33,661 bases of DNA, from contig CAYZMY010000001.1 of NCBI GenBank assembly GCA_964479605.1, positions 1 to 33,661 on the forward strand. Reading direction: 5' to 3'. Shown one piece after another: positions 29,794-33,661 of the stretch. This DNA comes from an uncultured Campylobacterales bacterium (GTDB taxonomy: Bacteria; Campylobacterota; Campylobacteria; Campylobacterales; Hydrogenimonadaceae). The translations under genes were made by a program, and so were the position numbers. The notes under the pieces are model-generated. The model searched no databases and was not told the DNA's origin. It saw only the letters and a program-made list of their open reading frames with translations. Each line of letters opens with the position of its first letter. Positions within the stretch are counted from its first letter, which is position 1.

Positions 29794-30924
29794 ATGGCAA
29801 GAGAAGTAATTTCCAGCGGTAATGACCTTTCAGCGAAGGCTGCGGTCGATTCAGGATGTATGTTTTTCGGGGGTTATCCGATTACACCTTCAAGTGAGGT
29901 TATGCATACGATCTCAGATCTTCTTCCGAAGGTAGGCGGTGCATGTATACAGATGGAAGACGAGATCGGCGGTATCTGTGCCGCGATAGGTGCATCCATG
30001 AGCGGTGTAAGGTCTATGACGGCAACATCGGGACCGGGAATTTCACTGAAGGCTGAGAACCTCGGTCTCGCACAGATGGCGGAAGTGCCGCTTGTTGTAG
30101 TAAACGTCATGCGCGGCGGCCCATCTACAGGTCTTCCTACACGTGTTTCGCAAGGCGATGTCGCACAGGCGAAAAATCCTTCACACGGCGACTACAAGTC
30201 TATAACTCTTTGTGCAGGCAACCTGGATGAGTGTTATACGGAAACAGTTCGTGCTTTCAATATAGCAGATCGCTTTATGCAGCCGGTTATCGTTTTGCTT
30301 GATGAAACAATAGGCCATATGCACGGAAAAGCGGTTCTACCTGACCTTGAAGAGATAAAAGCAGGTATAAAGCCGCGAAAGACTTTTGACGGTCCGCCGG
30401 AAGAGTACAAGCCTTATGGCGTAGCGCAGGATGAACCTGCAGTTTTGAACCCTATGTTTAAAGGATACCGATATCACTTTACGGGTCTTCATCATGATGC
30501 TATGGGCTTCCCTACCGAAGAGATAGAGACATGCCGTAAATTGATCGATCGTCTTTTCAGAAAAGTGGATGAGCATCTCGATGAACTGGAGCTCAATGAA
30601 GAATATATGATAGATGATGCGGATATTCTGATTATAGCTTACGGTTCAGTCTCACTGGCAGCCAAAGAGGCGATCAACAGACTGCGTGAAGAGGGTATAA
30701 AAGTGGGACTTTTCCGTCCGATCACACTCTGGCCAAGCCCGGAAAAACGGATGTATGAACTTGGTCAGAAATTCGACAAAATCCTCAGTGTAGAGCTGAA
30801 TATGGGTCAATATCTTGAAGAGATTCAGCGTGCCACAGGCCGACACGATATTGAAAAACTTATAAAGGTCAACGGACGACCGTTTTCACCTCAAGATATT
30901 ATTGAGAAAGTAAAGGAGTTTTAA
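29794..30924 (+). CDS. oorA: 2-oxoglutarate:acceptor oxidoreductase alpha subunit
   Basis: GYPITPSSE, QMEDE, TSGPG, MRGGPSTGLPT, ELNMGQY. Confidence 0.95.
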   Translation: MAREVISSGNDLSAKAAVDSGCMFFGGYPITPSSEVMHTISDLLPKVGGACIQMEDEIGGICAAIGASMSGVRSMTATSGPGISLKAENLGLAQMAEVPLVVVNVMRGGPSTGLPTRVSQGDVAQAKNPSHGDYKSITLCAGNLDECYTETVRAFNIADRFMQPVIVLLDETIGHMHGKAVLPDLEEIKAGIKPRKTFDGPPEEYKPYGVAQDEPAVLNPMFKGYRYHFTGLHHDAMGFPTEEIETCRKLIDRLFRKVDEHLDELELNEEYMIDDADILIIAYGSVSLAAKEAINRLREEGIKVGLFRPITLWPSPEKRMYELGQKFDKILSVELNMGQYLEEIQRATGRHDIEKLIKVNGRPFSPQDIIEKVKEF

Positions 30925-30925
30925 T

Positions 30926-31783
30926 ATGGCTTTCAATTACGACAAATATTTGCGAATGGAGAAGATGCCTACACTCTGGTGCTGGGGATGTGGAGACGGC
31001 GTTATTCTAAAATCTTTTATTCGTGCGGTAGACAAGCTCGGACTAAGCAAAGATGATGTTTGTGTGGTTTCCGGTATAGGATGCTCCGGACGATTCAGCT
31101 CTTATGTTGATTTCAATACTGTACACACAACACACGGACGGACAGTAGCATATGCTACAGGTATAAAACTGGCCAATCCGGACAAACATGTTATCTGCGT
31201 TGCCGGTGACGGTGACGGACTTGCAATCGGCGGTAACCATACAATTCACGGATGCCGAAGAAATATAGATATAACTCTGATTATTATCAACAACTTTATC
31301 TACGGTCTTACAAACTCTCAGACTTCTCCTACAACACCGCGCGGTATGTGGTCTGTAACTATGAAGCAGGGTAACATTGACCCGACTTTCGACGGATGTA
31401 AACTGGCTGAAGCAGCCGGTGCATCGTTTGTTGCCAGAGAAAAAGTCTCCGAACCCAAAAAGATGGAAAAAGTCATTGTTGCCGCACTTCAGCATAAAGG
31501 GTTCTCCTATGTTGAACTTCTCTCAAACTGCCATATCAACCTTGGTAGAAAGAACAAAATGGCTTCCGCTATCGAAAATCTTGACTGGATTGACGAAATC
31601 ACAGTATCCAAGAAAAAGTATGATGCCATGAGCGAAGAAGAGAGGCTCAATCTCTTGCCTACAGGTATTTTGAAGCAGGATACAGAGGCGGAAGAGTACT
31701 GCAATATGTACGAACAGCTCAAAGAGGTCTATCAGGGTAAGCGCGACAAGTTTACACAAGCAGACTTCAAGAAAACGATTTAA
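30926..31783 (+). CDS. oorB: 2-oxoglutarate:acceptor oxidoreductase beta subunit
   Basis: WCWGCG, SGIGCS, GDGD...IGGNH (TPP), YGLTNSQTSPTT. Confidence 0.95.
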   Translation: MAFNYDKYLRMEKMPTLWCWGCGDGVILKSFIRAVDKLGLSKDDVCVVSGIGCSGRFSSYVDFNTVHTTHGRTVAYATGIKLANPDKHVICVAGDGDGLAIGGNHTIHGCRRNIDITLIIINNFIYGLTNSQTSPTTPRGMWSVTMKQGNIDPTFDGCKLAEAAGASFVAREKVSEPKKMEKVIVAALQHKGFSYVELLSNCHINLGRKNKMASAIENLDWIDEITVSKKKYDAMSEEERLNLLPTGILKQDTEAEEYCNMYEQLKEVYQGKRDKFTQADFKKTI

Positions 31784-31792
31784 GGAGTTGTT

Positions 31793-32365
31793 ATGAGCAA
31801 AATTGTAATGCGCTTTACCGGTGTCGGCGGACAGGGTGTACTTCTTGCAGGCGAAATATTTGCCGCTGCAAAGATAAAAATGGGCGGATACGGTGTCAAG
31901 ACCGCGACCTATACATCTCAAGTGCGCGGCGGTCCAACCGTTGTCGATATACAGCTTGACGACAAAGAGATATACTACCCTTATGCCATCGACGGTCAGA
32001 TCAACTTCATGCTTTCGGTTGCAGACAAGAGCTACCAGCTCTTTAAAAATGGAGTTGCCGAAGGCGGTATCATCGTTATAGATCCGAACCTTGTCTATCC
32101 GACTGAGGAAGACAGGAAAAAGTGGAGAATCGTTGAAATTCCCATTATCACTATCGCTAAAGAAGAGGTCGGTAACGTTATTACGCAAAGTGTTGTTGCA
32201 CTTGCTATAGCCAATACGTTTACCAATGCTATTCCTGAGGACGTACTGATCGAAACAATGCTCAGCAAAGTACCGAAAAAAGTACATGAAGCAAATATAA
32301 AGGCGTACGAACTCGGAAAAAAATATGCTCTCGAGGCACTTGAAAAGATGAAAAAAGAGAGCTGA
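31793..32365 (+). CDS. oorC: 2-oxoglutarate:acceptor oxidoreductase gamma subunit
   Basis: GVGGQGVLLAG, TYTSQVRGG. Confidence 0.95.
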   Translation: MSKIVMRFTGVGGQGVLLAGEIFAAAKIKMGGYGVKTATYTSQVRGGPTVVDIQLDDKEIYYPYAIDGQINFMLSVADKSYQLFKNGVAEGGIIVIDPNLVYPTEEDRKKWRIVEIPIITIAKEEVGNVITQSVVALAIANTFTNAIPEDVLIETMLSKVPKKVHEANIKAYELGKKYALEALEKMKKES

Positions 32366-32381
32366 TTTTTCAGCCTTTTTC

Positions 32382-32405
32382 GGCGCGGGGCTTTTGCCCT
32401 TCGCC
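32382..32405 (+). terminator. Hairpin after oorC
   Basis: GGCG-C-GGGGC-TTTT-GCCCT-T-CGCC imperfect stem. Confidence 0.4.
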
Positions 32406-32461
32406 ATACTCTCTACGCAGACTCTCCAAAATTAAAAATTTCTGAAACTAATCTCAAATTA

Positions 32462-32470
32462 TGGTATAAT
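32462..32470 (+). promoter_or_regulatory. Extended -10 promoter of rnpB
   Basis: TGgTATAAT ~6 nt before the P1 helix, AT-rich upstream tract. Confidence 0.75.
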
Positions 32471-32475
32471 ACGCC

Positions 32476-32826
32476 CAAGGTACGGCGGATGCTTGCATGG
32501 ATTTCTCCATGAGGAAAGTCCGGGCTGCAGTGAAGCAGGGTTCCGTCTAACGGACGGCCATCGCAAGATGAGGGACAGTGCAACAGAAAGCAGACCGCCC
32601 ATCCCGATTTTCATTAATTATGAAAAGAGGGATGGGTAAGGGTGAAACGGCGGGGTAAGAGCCCACCAGCGCCTTGAGCAATCCTGGCGGCTATGTAAAC
32701 CCAACCCGCAGCAAGAAGGGTATGGTAAAAGCTTCACAACTTTTGCCCTTCGCTTGAGCGTCATGGTAACATGACGGCTAGATAAATAAGCATCCTTGAC
32801 ATAACCCGGCTTACAGCCGTACCTTG
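32476..32826 (+). ncRNA. rnpB: RNase P RNA, bacterial type A
   Basis: GAGGAAAGTCCGGGCT, AGTGCAACAGAAA, GGGTGAAACGG.GGGGTAAGAGCCCACC, GCAAG, AGATAAAT, AACCCGGCTTA; P1 helix CAAGGTACGGC/GCCGTACCTTG. Confidence 0.96.
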
Positions 32827-33000
32827 AAAATCACTTTTTTACCCACTTTCACTTAACCCGTTACACTCCAAAAATTAAAAGTGTTACTTTTTTACCACCT
32901 TCACCTCTTTTGATTAAACATATAAATTTTTTATATTGAGTTGAGCCTTTCTTTTTGTAAAATCTATATACCAATACAAAATTTTTTGAAAGGGGTAACG

Positions 33001-33661
33001 ATGAAAAAAATCACTTCATTGTTTTTGGGTGTGGCTACGGCTTCGGCATTGATGGCAGGAGGCCATGGAGTACACTGGGGTTACAGCGGCCATGCAGGCC
33101 CAAGTCATTGGGGAGATCTTTCCGATAAATATATCATGTGCAAACTCGGCAAGAACCAGTCACCGATCGACATTAAGACAGCTACCGCTTTTGAGACCGA
33201 TCTTCCGGCAATAGGTATAGATTACAAATCTGCTTCCAAAGAGGAGCTCAATAACGGCCACACAGTACAGGTCAATATCGTTCCCGGCAGCAGCATATCT
33301 GTTGACGGAATCAAATTCGAACTCAAGCAGTTTCACTTCCATACTCCCAGTGAAAATACTATAGATGGACGCCATTTCCCGCTTGAAGCGCACTTTGTAC
33401 ATGCAGATGCAAACGGAAATCTCGCAGTTATCGGCGTAATGTTCGAGTATGGCAAAGAGAACCAGGTCCTTAAAAGCGTATGGGACAGAATGCCCGAGCA
33501 TGCAAACGATGTAGAGAAGATAACTCTTTCTGCAGAAGAGGTAAAAAATCTGCTACCGGCCGACAAAGACTACTACAGGTTCAACGGCTCTCTTACTACA
33601 CCTCCTTGTTCAGAGGGTGTAAGATGGTTTGTCATGAAGCAGCCGGTTACAATCAGCAAAG
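33001..33661 (+). CDS. Periplasmic alpha-carbonic anhydrase, cut by the window end and absent from the ORF track
   Basis: Manual translation: signal peptide MKKITSLFLGVATASALMA, HWGYSG, GKNQSPIDI, NNGHT, QFHFHTPSEN, EAHFVH, GSLTTPPCSEGVRW. Confidence 0.96.
   Translation, partial: MKKITSLFLGVATASALMAGGHGVHWGYSGHAGPSHWGDLSDKYIMCKLGKNQSPIDIKTATAFETDLPAIGIDYKSASKEELNNGHTVQVNIVPGSSISVDGIKFELKQFHFHTPSENTIDGRHFPLEAHFVHADANGNLAVIGVMFEYGKENQVLKSVWDRMPEHANDVEKITLSAEEVKNLLPADKDYYRFNGSLTTPPCSEGVRWFVMKQPVTISK

Noticed and set aside
33160-33566. Minus-strand ORFs at the window end
   Set aside because: Antisense to the alpha-carbonic anhydrase.

Overview
Gene order (acnB-lolA-secA-lolC/E; asmA-like/mltG-icd-mdh-sucCD-oorDABC) and TGnTATAAT promoters point to a Campylobacterota chromosome, probably a free-living chemolithotroph (inference). 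The window has three parts. (1) ftsK at 92-2299. (2) A ~8.7 kb variable-looking region (2339-10970): a Tle1/DUF2235-type lipase with a LecA-like C-terminal domain, a Sel1-repeat protein, a PNPOx-like protein, an nnrS + diheme MauG/CCP-family gene pair, tpx, an exported orphan, and an OmcE-like multiheme cytochrome. (3) A housekeeping block: acnB, FliL-like gene, lolA, secA, lolC/E, AsmA-like gene, mltG, a (reverse-)TCA cluster (icd, mdh, fumarase alpha/beta, sucCD, HMA gene, oorDABC), RNase P RNA, and an alpha-carbonic anhydrase cut by the window end. Top leads: a Geobacter OmcE-type nanowire cytochrome homologue with a fifth heme motif; a MauG/CCP-family enzyme with Cys at the usual Met/Tyr axial-ligand position, behind nnrS; a lipase-lectin fusion with a possible immunity gene; and a family of TATTRCCGCACC palindromes bracketing tpx. 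All family calls come from motif recognition and recalled reference sequences, not database searches.
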